Below are positions 10,138 through 18,448 of a DNA stretch of 32,000 nucleotides, piece by piece. The DNA lies in the NCBI RefSeq assembly GCF_000020385.1, contig NC_010814.1, positions 180,001-212,000 of the forward strand, given 5' to 3'. The notes below the pieces were generated by a model, which saw only the letters and a program-made list of their open reading frames with translations, did not search any database and had not been told where the DNA came from. Each line of letters opens with the position of its first letter. Position 1 is the stretch's first letter. The stretch is from Trichlorobacter lovleyi SZ. GTDB lineage: Bacteria > Desulfobacterota > Desulfuromonadia > Geobacterales > Pseudopelobacteraceae. The translations under genes were made by a program, and so were the position numbers.

Positions 10138-10679
10138 CAATAGCCGACAGTTATGATGCCCTTGCCCGGATGCTCGACTATCCGGAAAATAAAGAACTAC
10201 TGCAAACCGACTATGAGCTTGTAAGTTCATTTTTAAAGAAACAGCGACTGGAAAATTTCATCTATTCCTTTGCCGAGTTTGCTTCAGTCTCATCCCTGGC
10301 AGCTCTCCAGGAGGAGTACGTCGCCACCTTCGATTTCAACCCGGCAACCGCCCCCTATCTGGGACACCACCTCTTCGGCGACAACCAGAAGAAGGGTGGT
10401 TACATGATCATGCTGAAACAGGAGTTCGAACGGTGCGGGTACAACCCTGTCGGAACCGAACTTCCCGATCACCTTTCGGTAGTCCTCGGGTTTCTGGCTC
10501 ATCTGGCACGACAGGAGGATTACGGGCCACGCCGACCATTCATCACAGAGTGTGTATTGCCAGGGGTGGAACGGCTCCATACCGCTTTTACCGCTCGACA
10601 GGATTCCCATTGGCAGGTGCTGGTTGAAACGGCTCGGCTGCTTTGTGCTGAAGATTGTAAGGAGGTGCAATCATGCTGA
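10134..10679 (+). CDS. narJ: nitrate reductase molybdenum cofactor assembly chaperone
   Basis: 181 aa. Called on its position between narH and narI and on size. ATGA overlap with narH. Confidence 0.85.
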
Positions 10680-11341
10680 ACAGTTTTATTTTCGTAGTTC
10701 TCCCTTATGCCGCACTGGTAATGATTCTCTTCGTGACACCTTATAGATTCTATACCAACCGGCTTACCTGGTCGGCTTATTCCACGCAGTTCCTGGAGCA
10801 AAAAACCCTCTACTGGGGCGCAGTCTCCTGGCATTACGGCATCATTCTTATCCTGCTTGCCCATCTGGCCGGAATTGTCTGCCCCCATGGCATGGAGCGG
10901 CTGCTTGGCAATCAGCAGACGCTAATCGTGCTGGAAAGTATTGGTATCGGTCTGGGCTTACTGGCGCTGTTCGGCAGCGTGATGCTTCTGCTGCGCCGGG
11001 TCAATGCCACAATACTGAAGCAGGTGACTTTCGCCTCTGATTGGGTGCTGCTCTTTCTGCTGGTTCTCCAGACCGCTACTGGAGTTTATGTCAGTACCTT
11101 CATGCGTTGGGGCTCGGTCTGGTATCTGCACACTGCGGTGCCGTATATCTATTCACTGCTGTCATTCAGACCCCAGATGGAGTACGTGGCCGATTTTCCG
11201 CTGGTATTCAAACTCCATGTCGGTATGGCCTTTTTGATAATTGCTCTGCTACCGTTCACCAAGCTGGTGCACCTGCTCTTCTTCCCGTATCGTTTCCTGG
11301 CTGATCCGCCGATTCTCTACCGGTGGCGGTCAAGGGGATGA
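10673..11341 (+). CDS. narI: respiratory nitrate reductase gamma subunit (diheme cytochrome b)
   Basis: 222 aa with five hydrophobic helices. 7-nt overlap with narJ. Called on position and size. Confidence 0.9.
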   Translation: MLNSFIFVVLPYAALVMILFVTPYRFYTNRLTWSAYSTQFLEQKTLYWGAVSWHYGIILILLAHLAGIVCPHGMERLLGNQQTLIVLESIGIGLGLLALFGSVMLLLRRVNATILKQVTFASDWVLLFLLVLQTATGVYVSTFMRWGSVWYLHTAVPYIYSLLSFRPQMEYVADFPLVFKLHVGMAFLIIALLPFTKLVHLLFFPYRFLADPPILYRWRSRG

Positions 11342-11378
11342 TTGTTTTCGGAATAGCCAGCGCGCGAAGGAGGCGGTG

Positions 11379-12899
11379 ATGTTAGAGGTTGCCACGTGGA
11401 AATCACACAAGAACCTCTTTCTCAACACCCTGGCCTTCACGGTCTGTTTCGCAGCTTGGATGTTCAACGGTGTTCTGGTTACCTTTTTGGTGGACAATCA
11501 GGTCTTCAACTGGGGTCCGGTCAAGATCGGCTGGCTATTCGGGATTCCGGTTCTCACCGGGTCGCTGTTCCGTCTGCCGGCCGGGATGCTGACCGACAAG
11601 TTCGGCGGCAAGCCGGTCTACGGCACACTGCTGATTTTGTGCGCCATCCCGATGTACCTCCTCTCCAAAGCCGACAGTTTTACCTCATTCGCGCTCTGCA
11701 GTTTCGGTTTTGGTATGGCCGGAGTCAGCTTTTCCATCGGCATCGCTTTCACCTCTGTCTGGTATCCCCGCGAACGGCAAGGCACAGCTCTGGGGATCTT
11801 CGGCGCTGGCAATGCCGGGGCGGCTTTGACCACACTGTTAGCGCCGACAATGCTCAACAGGCTGACCAACAACGGCGCCAACATCGAGAGGTGGCGCGAT
11901 CTGCCGGTTTACTACGCGCTGATCCTGGCGGCTATGGGTGTGATTTTTTTCATCTTCAGCGATAACAAAAAACCGGCCAGTTCCGGTAAAACCTTCGTCC
12001 AGATGTTGACGCCGCTCAAGCATATGCGTGTTTGGCGTTTCGGCCTCTACTACTTTCTGGTCTTCGGCTGTTTTGTGGCCTTCTCTCAGTGGCTTGTCCC
12101 CTACTTTGTCAATGTCTATTACCTGCCGCTGGTAACAGCCGGCCTGTTCGCCTCCATGTTCAGTCTTCCATCGGGGGTGATCCGTGCTCTGGGCGGCTGG
12201 ATGTCAGATAAATTTGGCGGCCGCCAAATTATGTACTGGGTGCTGGGCGCCTCGACGGTCATCAGCCTGATGGTGATGGTACCGAAGATGGAGATTCAAT
12301 CCCCGGGACGGGGGGTTATGGCAAAACGAGCCGGTGTCGTACAGGCGGTGACAGACAAGACTGTCGTGGTGAAAGAGTTAAAGGCCACCTCTGAGGTGCT
12401 GGGGGAGCAACCCTATCCTTTAAATGCAAAGCCGACTGTTATGGAAAACTTTGACGACCGGATGCTGATTCTCCCCGGGAAGCAGACCTGGCAGGAGCCG
12501 GTTGTCAAAGTCGGCCAAACTGTCAAAAAAAAGGAGCTGCTAGCCAAAGGAGTGACCCGTATCTATTTCCAGGCCAATGTCTGGATCTTTGCCGGACTGG
12601 TACTGGTGCTGGGGACCATCTGGGGGATAGGTAAGGCTGCGGTTTATAAACTGATCCCGGACTACTTTCCGGAGGAGGTAGGTGTGGTCGGCGGTATGGT
12701 GGGCGTACTGGGCGGTCTGGGCGGTTTCGTCTGCCCGATCGTTTTCGGCTATCTGCTGGAATGGACAGGCGTCTGGACCAGTTGCTGGATGTTCATGTTT
12801 GTCCTGTCGGTGGTCTGTCTGGTTTCACTGCACTACGTTGTGCAAAAGATGATGAAGGATAAACATCCGGGGGATATGCGGGTGTTTGAAAATAACTGA
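11379..12899 (+). CDS. narK: MFS nitrate/nitrite transporter (NarK/NNP family) with a ~99-residue inserted loop domain
   Basis: Start set at ATG 11379 (GAAGGAGG upstream); the 11241 extension overlaps narI. 12 hydrophobic segments. NNP-type Gly-rich motifs (GAGNAGAA, GGMVGVLGGLGGF). The non-hydrophobic insert lies at 12282..12578. Confidence 0.9.
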   Translation: MLEVATWKSHKNLFLNTLAFTVCFAAWMFNGVLVTFLVDNQVFNWGPVKIGWLFGIPVLTGSLFRLPAGMLTDKFGGKPVYGTLLILCAIPMYLLSKADSFTSFALCSFGFGMAGVSFSIGIAFTSVWYPRERQGTALGIFGAGNAGAALTTLLAPTMLNRLTNNGANIERWRDLPVYYALILAAMGVIFFIFSDNKKPASSGKTFVQMLTPLKHMRVWRFGLYYFLVFGCFVAFSQWLVPYFVNVYYLPLVTAGLFASMFSLPSGVIRALGGWMSDKFGGRQIMYWVLGASTVISLMVMVPKMEIQSPGRGVMAKRAGVVQAVTDKTVVVKELKATSEVLGEQPYPLNAKPTVMENFDDRMLILPGKQTWQEPVVKVGQTVKKKELLAKGVTRIYFQANVWIFAGLVLVLGTIWGIGKAAVYKLIPDYFPEEVGVVGGMVGVLGGLGGFVCPIVFGYLLEWTGVWTSCWMFMFVLSVVCLVSLHYVVQKMMKDKHPGDMRVFENN

Positions 12900-12919
12900 C
12901 GGTAGCTGAGGAGACAACA

Positions 12920-14293
12920 ATGGCACGTGTATTAACGACATGGAATCCGGAAGACAAGGAATTCTGGGAAAGCGAAGGGAAAGCCATTGCCAATCGCAAC
13001 CTCTGGATTTCCATACCGGCACTGCTGCTGGCCTTCTCGGTCTGGATGGTCTGGTCGATGGTGGTCGTAAAACTGCCACTGATCGGTTTCCAGTTCGACA
13101 CCAACCAGCTTTTCTGGCTGGCAGCGGTACCGGCGCTCTCCGGAGCTACCCTGCGCATTTTTTATTCATTCATGGTGCCGATCTTTGGTGGTCGCCGCTG
13201 GACGGCTATTTCAACGGCTTCTTTGCTCATCCCTGCCGTTGGTATCGGTTTTGCCGTTCGGGATCACACCACCAGCTACACAACCTTGCTCTCTTTGGCA
13301 CTTCTGTGCGGTTTCGGTGGTGGCAACTTTTCTTCAAGCATGGCCAATATCAGCTTCTTTTTTCCGAAAGCTCAGAAAGGGACTGCATTGGGGCTGAATG
13401 CGGGACTTGGCAATCTTGGAGTATCGGCCATGCAGTTTCTTGTCCCTTTGGCCATCACCGCTGGTGTGTTAGGGCCTGTTTGTGGCGACCCGCAAGTCTG
13501 CGTCGTCAATGGTGCGACTAAGCAGCTTTGGCTTCAGAATGCCGGATTCATTTGGGTGCCGTTCATCATCATAGCCACGATTGCTGCCTGGTTCGGCATG
13601 AACGACATTGCCGACGCCAAGGCTTCATTCAGAGAGCAGGCAGTGATATTCAAACGTAAACATAACTGGTTGATGTGCTGGCTCTACCTGGGGACCTTTG
13701 GTTCATTCATAGGTTTTTCTGCCGGGTTTGCTCTTCTTACCAAGAAGCTTTTTCCGGAGATAGATCCGACGCAATACGCTTTCCTTGGTCCGCTGGTTGG
13801 CGCCATTGCCCGTCCCATCGGTGGCTGGATCTCCGATAAGCTCGGCGGTGCTCGCGTCACATTATGGACCTTTGCCGCTATGGTGTTTGCGGTGTTCGGT
13901 GTACTGGCATTTCTCCCCCACAACGGACAGGGGGGAAGCTTCTTCGGCTTTCTGATCATGTTCCTGATTCTGTTTACCCTGACCGGAATCGGAAACGCCT
14001 CGACCTTCCGCATGATTCCGATAATCTACATCACGGAGCACCAGCGTAATGCCAGAGGGCGCAGCGAGGTGCAGATCAACATGGACGCTGCAAAGGAAGC
14101 TGCTGCTGCTCTCGGATTTGCCGGTGCATTGGGCGCGTATGGCGGATTCTTCATACCTAAAAGCTTTGGTACCTCCATCGCCATGACCGGAGGACCGGAG
14201 GCGGCACTCTACGGTTTCATTATCTTCTATATGTTGTGCATCGTCATGACCTGGTGGTTCTATTCACGCAGCAATGCCGAAATGCCATGTTAA
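12920..14293 (+). CDS. narK: MFS nitrate/nitrite antiporter (NarK family)
   Basis: 457 aa, 12 TM helices. Motifs GFGGGNFSSSMANISFFFP and GLNAGLGNLG are typical of NarK. GAGGAG RBS. Confidence 0.92.
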   Translation: MARVLTTWNPEDKEFWESEGKAIANRNLWISIPALLLAFSVWMVWSMVVVKLPLIGFQFDTNQLFWLAAVPALSGATLRIFYSFMVPIFGGRRWTAISTASLLIPAVGIGFAVRDHTTSYTTLLSLALLCGFGGGNFSSSMANISFFFPKAQKGTALGLNAGLGNLGVSAMQFLVPLAITAGVLGPVCGDPQVCVVNGATKQLWLQNAGFIWVPFIIIATIAAWFGMNDIADAKASFREQAVIFKRKHNWLMCWLYLGTFGSFIGFSAGFALLTKKLFPEIDPTQYAFLGPLVGAIARPIGGWISDKLGGARVTLWTFAAMVFAVFGVLAFLPHNGQGGSFFGFLIMFLILFTLTGIGNASTFRMIPIIYITEHQRNARGRSEVQINMDAAKEAAAALGFAGALGAYGGFFIPKSFGTSIAMTGGPEAALYGFIIFYMLCIVMTWWFYSRSNAEMPC

Positions 14294-14358
14294 GAAGTTA
14301 AGTCGATCTATGTGTAAATAGCTCTCTACGAGGGCAAAACAACCAAAAGGAGATAAAT

Positions 14359-14655
14359 ATGAAAATCACCAGTAAGTTGCCCGCAGTAATCTCCCTCATC
14401 GCCATTTCCGCTTTCGCTGGAACGGTATTCGCCGCCGATGTTATTGAGCTGCCAGCATCCATGGGTAAGGTAATGTTTCCCCACAAGAAACATCAGGAAA
14501 TGCTGAAAGATTGTAAAAAATGTCATGAAAAAGGTCCCGGCAAAATCAAAGAACTAGGTAAAGATTGGGCACACAAGACCTGCAAAGGCTGCCACACTGA
14601 AGGCTTTAATGGGAAAAAAGGCCCAACTGCCTGCAAGGACTGTCATAAGAAATAA
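14359..14655 (+). CDS. periplasmic triheme cytochrome c7 (PpcA family)
   Basis: 98 aa. Signal peptide plus three CxxCH motifs (CKKCH, CKGCH, CKDCH). The mature sequence FPHKKHQ..CKKCHEKGPGKI..CKGCH..GPTACKDCHKK closely tracks Geobacter PpcA as I remember it. Confidence 0.9.
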   Translation: MKITSKLPAVISLIAISAFAGTVFAADVIELPASMGKVMFPHKKHQEMLKDCKKCHEKGPGKIKELGKDWAHKTCKGCHTEGFNGKKGPTACKDCHKK

Positions 14656-14699
14656 TTTTCAGTAAGGTCAGTCGTTGGAAAAGAAGTAAAGGACACTCC

Positions 14700-15908
14700 A
14701 TGATTAGTATCGAAGATGCCCAACAGATTATACAGAAACATATAACCGGAGCGAAGACCATAGAAGCGTCGCTCCTTGACAGTCTAGGTCGGGTAATTGC
14801 TGAGGATGTTTATGCCCCTTGGGATATTCCAACGTCTGACAATTCAGCCATGGACGGTTATGCGTTTTCTTCATTATCAGAAAGAAACGAGTTTCGGGTT
14901 GCCGCAGAGTTTATTCCGGCCGGCAGTCAACGTATAGCCCCTGTGGGTTTAGGGGAAGCAGTCAGGATAATGACCGGCGCCCCGGTCCCTCCTGGGTGTG
15001 ATACGGTTGTTCCGATTGAAGATGTGGAACAAATCCCAAGCGGAATACGTTTGAAGAATGAGATGAAACCAGGTGCCCACATTAGATTGCGTGGTGAGGA
15101 TGTGGAAAAAGATGAACTGGTTTTAGCTAAGGGCTCGGCAATCCGCCCTCAAGAGATCGGTTTACTTGTGTCTCTTGGCAAGACGACAATAAAGGTCTTC
15201 CGTCCGGCTCGGGTAGCAATACTTGCCACAGGTGATGAACTTCAGGAAGCAGGATCAGTTCCTGATGCGGGGAGAATTATTAACAGCAACAGTTACAGCT
15301 TGGCAGCTCAAGTTCTTGATGCCGGTGGCGAAGCATTTATGATTGGTATTGCGGCAGACACAGCTCAAGCAACAGAAGAAAAAATTCGCGAAGGTCTTAA
15401 AGCAGATATGCTGATTACCACCGGGGGGGTATCGGTCGGTGACCGGGATTTTGTCAAGGAGTCCATACAAAATATCGGGGGGAGCCTCCTTTTTTGGAAG
15501 GTAAACATGAAACCAGGCAAGCCGGTAGCTTTTGCAGTTTTGGAAGACAAGCCGGTTTTCGCACTGCCAGGAAATCCCGTTGCTGCTATGGTGGCATTCG
15601 AGATGTTCGTGCGTCCAGCCATGCTCTTGAAACAAGGGTGCCCCCGAATCTATCGACCAAGAATAAAGGCGGTTTTGGTGAATGACGTACGTAATCGAGG
15701 CGATCGTCCACACCTTGTTAGAGTGAAAGTAACCCTCGATCATGGTGAATATCATGCATCAATAGCCGGTAACCAGAGCTCTGCCAATTTAGCTTCCCTT
15801 ACCCAGAGTAACGGTCTTTTGCATCTGATTCCGAATTCATCATTGACAGCTGGCAGTCGGGTCGAGGTGATTTTGCTAGACCGGGAGTTTGAGATGGGGT
15901 GTGCATGA
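14700..15908 (+). CDS. moeA: molybdopterin molybdenumtransferase
   Basis: 402 aa. Motifs SAMDGYA, RIMTGAPVP, TTGGVSVGDRDF and PGNPVAA are typical of MoeA. Confidence 0.93.
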   Translation: MISIEDAQQIIQKHITGAKTIEASLLDSLGRVIAEDVYAPWDIPTSDNSAMDGYAFSSLSERNEFRVAAEFIPAGSQRIAPVGLGEAVRIMTGAPVPPGCDTVVPIEDVEQIPSGIRLKNEMKPGAHIRLRGEDVEKDELVLAKGSAIRPQEIGLLVSLGKTTIKVFRPARVAILATGDELQEAGSVPDAGRIINSNSYSLAAQVLDAGGEAFMIGIAADTAQATEEKIREGLKADMLITTGGVSVGDRDFVKESIQNIGGSLLFWKVNMKPGKPVAFAVLEDKPVFALPGNPVAAMVAFEMFVRPAMLLKQGCPRIYRPRIKAVLVNDVRNRGDRPHLVRVKVTLDHGEYHASIAGNQSSANLASLTQSNGLLHLIPNSSLTAGSRVEVILLDREFEMGCA

Positions 15909-16003
15909 AGTAACTTTTGTCTATCTAGATACCAAATTTGAATAAACTGCTAAATACTTTGTAGCAGTGGAAATCTCAATATACCAACCAGAGGAGATAA
16001 GAC

Positions 16004-17455
16004 ATGAAGATGCAGTACGCAAGAATAAGCACCGTTTTGGCCATATTGGCAACTGCGGTTATCTGGGCAGGATGCTCGCAACAGAAGGTGGAGCCCTTAA
16101 AGACGGTAGCGATTGCAGACGGCACCATCGACCCTGCTGAATGGGGCAAGGTCTATCCCCTCCAATACAAGCTTTGGCAGCAGACTGGTGAGCCGACTCC
16201 GGCAGGGAAGAGCAAATACAAAAAGGGTTACGATGTTGACGAAGACCGGCGTGACAAGCTTGATGAGTACCCGTTTCTGGCGTTGCTATACAACGGCTGG
16301 GGCTTTGGCTCCGAATACCGCGAGCCGCGTGGGCACTTTTTTATGGTTCAGGATCAGCTTGAAGTCGACCCCGGCAGAGTCAAGGCAGGAGGCTCATGCC
16401 TGACGTGCAAAACCCCCTACGCTCCGATACTTGAGAAGCAGATGGGCAAAGCCTATTTCTCAACACCCTACAAGGAAGTGCTGGCAAAACTTCCGAAGGA
16501 TCAACAGACTCTGGGTGTTGCCTGCATTGACTGCCATGACAATAGAGGGATGGCACTCAAGATTTCTCGAGGCTTTACGCTGGGAAAAGGACTCAAGAAC
16601 ATCGGCCTTGACGAGACAAAGCTTGCTAAGGCGGAAATGCGTACCTTGGTTTGTGCCCAGTGCCATGTCAGCTACATAATCACCAAAGACAAGGAGATGC
16701 ACTCAACTGATGTTGTTTTTCCGTGGAAAGGCAGTAAAGCCGGTTACATTACCATCGAAAACATCATAGCCCAGATCAAGAGCTCTCCTGCAAACATGGA
16801 GTGGACGCAGAGCGTGACAGGATTCAAGATGGGTTTCATTCGCCACCCCGAGTACGAACTCTTCTCCAATAACAGCCCGCATTGGACTAACGGAGTAAGT
16901 TGCGCGGATTGCCATATGCCGACTGTCACGGAAGATGGTCAAAAAATCTCTGATCACAGGATCATGAGCCCGCTCAAAAATGATCTGATTGCCTGCGCTG
17001 CCTGCCACAGCGAGAAACCGCAGGAACTCCGTGATAAGATTATTGCTATCCAGGATGAGACAATGATTGTGTACCTGAAAGCGGGCTACGCTACGGCAAC
17101 AGTCGCCAAGCTGTTCGAGATGACGAACAAGGTTGAAGCTTCTGGGAAAAAGATCAATAAGGATCTTTACGCTCAGTCAAAAGAGCAGTACGAGCAAGCA
17201 TTCTATCGGCTCATATTCATCGGCGCAGAAAATTCCAATGGTTTCCACAACCCTAAAGAAACCATGCGCGTATTAAACGATGCTGCTAAATACGCTGCAT
17301 CGGCCGATGCACAACTCCGCAAACTGCTCACACAGGCGGGAGAAAAGGTGCCGGAAAAGATAGATCTGGAGCTTTCAAAATACACAAACAACCGAGGCGT
17401 GAAGAAGATTATGTTCAAGCCTGAGCATGAGATAAAGTCTCCTGAGGTTAAGTAA
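16004..17455 (+). CDS. nrfA: pentaheme cytochrome c nitrite reductase, predicted lipoprotein
   Basis: Active-site CxxCK (CLTCK) plus four CxxCH motifs (CIDCH, CAQCH, CADCH, CAACH). Lipobox-like signal ending WAGC. GAGGAG RBS. Confidence 0.93.
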   Translation: MKMQYARISTVLAILATAVIWAGCSQQKVEPLKTVAIADGTIDPAEWGKVYPLQYKLWQQTGEPTPAGKSKYKKGYDVDEDRRDKLDEYPFLALLYNGWGFGSEYREPRGHFFMVQDQLEVDPGRVKAGGSCLTCKTPYAPILEKQMGKAYFSTPYKEVLAKLPKDQQTLGVACIDCHDNRGMALKISRGFTLGKGLKNIGLDETKLAKAEMRTLVCAQCHVSYIITKDKEMHSTDVVFPWKGSKAGYITIENIIAQIKSSPANMEWTQSVTGFKMGFIRHPEYELFSNNSPHWTNGVSCADCHMPTVTEDGQKISDHRIMSPLKNDLIACAACHSEKPQELRDKIIAIQDETMIVYLKAGYATATVAKLFEMTNKVEASGKKINKDLYAQSKEQYEQAFYRLIFIGAENSNGFHNPKETMRVLNDAAKYAASADAQLRKLLTQAGEKVPEKIDLELSKYTNNRGVKKIMFKPEHEIKSPEVK

Positions 17456-17467
17456 AATCAGTTCTGG

Positions 17468-17497
17468 GGGGGGCAAGTGTATGCCCCCCTGTATTTA
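17468..17497 (+). terminator. candidate intrinsic terminator after nrfA
   Basis: Perfect 8-bp stem GGGGGGCA / TGCCCCCC with a 6-nt loop, followed by TGTATTTAT, which is a weak U tract. Confidence 0.45.
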
Positions 17498-17524
17498 TCG
17501 ACAGTCGTGAATTGGAGAAAAGGA

Positions 17525-18217
17525 TTGAAAGTTCATGTGCTTCAGCATGTGCCTTTTGAAGGTATCGGGAGCATCAGGCTATGGCTAGAGAAACATGGAG
17601 CTGACGTTAGCTATACTCGTTTCTTCGAGGATCATGATTTGCCACAAATGAATAACTTCGACCTTCTAATCGTAATGGGCGGGCCAATGAGTGTTAACGA
17701 CGAGTTACGCATTACATGGTTGCGGTCGGAAAAACAGCTGCTTCGTGAAGCGATATATCATGGCGTCTCTGTTGTGGGTATTTGCCTTGGAGCACAACTC
17801 ATTGCCAGTGCACTTGGAGCGCGTGTTTATAAGAATACCCAGAAAGAAATCGGGTGGTTTCAGATAGAATCAACTCAAAACGAGATTAACACTTTTAATT
17901 TCCCCAAAAAATGTAACGTCTTTCACTGGCATGGAGAAACCTTCGACCTGCCCAGCGGAGCTGTCTGTCTTGCTAGAAGCGCTGCCAGCGAAAACCAGGC
18001 ATTTCAAATTGGGAAAAATGTTATCGGGTTGCAGTTCCACCTTGAGACAACACCAGAGAGTGTTAACGCTATCCTGGAGAATTGTGGCAGTGAGTTGATT
18101 GCAGGCTCTTACATTCAAACTGAATCGGAAATGAGGGCGTTGAAATGTCCTTCTTATGAAGAGAGCAATAATCTTATGGAAAAAGTGCTATCGTATGTCA
18201 CACGGGATTTATCATGA
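17525..18217 (+). CDS. class I glutamine amidotransferase-like protein (GMP synthase N-terminal-like)
   Basis: Motifs LLIVMGGPMSVND, GICLGAQLIA and FHWHGETFDLP. Probable TTG start at 17525 (GGAG 7 nt upstream, giving MKVHVLQHVPFEG). The GTG at 17477 lies inside the nrfA terminator hairpin. Confidence 0.8.
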   Translation: MKVHVLQHVPFEGIGSIRLWLEKHGADVSYTRFFEDHDLPQMNNFDLLIVMGGPMSVNDELRITWLRSEKQLLREAIYHGVSVVGICLGAQLIASALGARVYKNTQKEIGWFQIESTQNEINTFNFPKKCNVFHWHGETFDLPSGAVCLARSAASENQAFQIGKNVIGLQFHLETTPESVNAILENCGSELIAGSYIQTESEMRALKCPSYEESNNLMEKVLSYVTRDLS

Positions 18218-18339
18218 ATATGTTGAAAAAACGAGGCCAGGATATGATCAACCATGAAATTCCTCAAAAATAGTAGATAAAATAAAGCCTTCTGTCAGGC
18301 ATTATTAAATAGGATCGGAAACCTGTCTTTTTAGCTTTT

Positions 18340-18353
18340 TTGATTACGGTCAA
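18340..18353. promoter_or_regulatory. FNR/CRP-family binding-site candidate TTGAT-TACG-GTCAA upstream of hcp
   Basis: Palindromic half-sites. TATAAT lies at 18374..18379, which puts the box centre near -40 of the implied start site. About 100 bp upstream of the hcp ATG. Confidence 0.6.
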
Positions 18354-18448
18354 GCAAATGCAAGTAAAAGCAGTATAATTTAACGTCATCAGTTCAATAA
18401 TCTATCAGTCAAATCGACTAATACAACAAGCAAAGGGAGGATAAAAAA

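Noticed and set aside
11241-11378. Upstream extensions of ORF-track starts: 11241 for narK1, 3114 for the b5-like gene, 20608 for ndh, 21932 for the napH-like gene, 20174 for PAS and 25786 for tetR.
   Set aside because: Each extension overlaps the preceding gene or a promoter and lacks an RBS. The internal starts have good RBSs and give sensible N-termini.
15922-15931. Perfect 10-bp palindrome TATCTAGATA upstream of nrfA.
   Set aside because: It is short, AT-rich and not repeated elsewhere in the window. It matches no regulator consensus I know. No FNR-type box is visible before nrfA.
15947-15967. 6-bp hairpin CTGCTA / TAGCAG after moeA as a possible terminator.
   Set aside because: The stem is short, the loop is 9 nt and no U tract follows. 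The evidence is not convincing.
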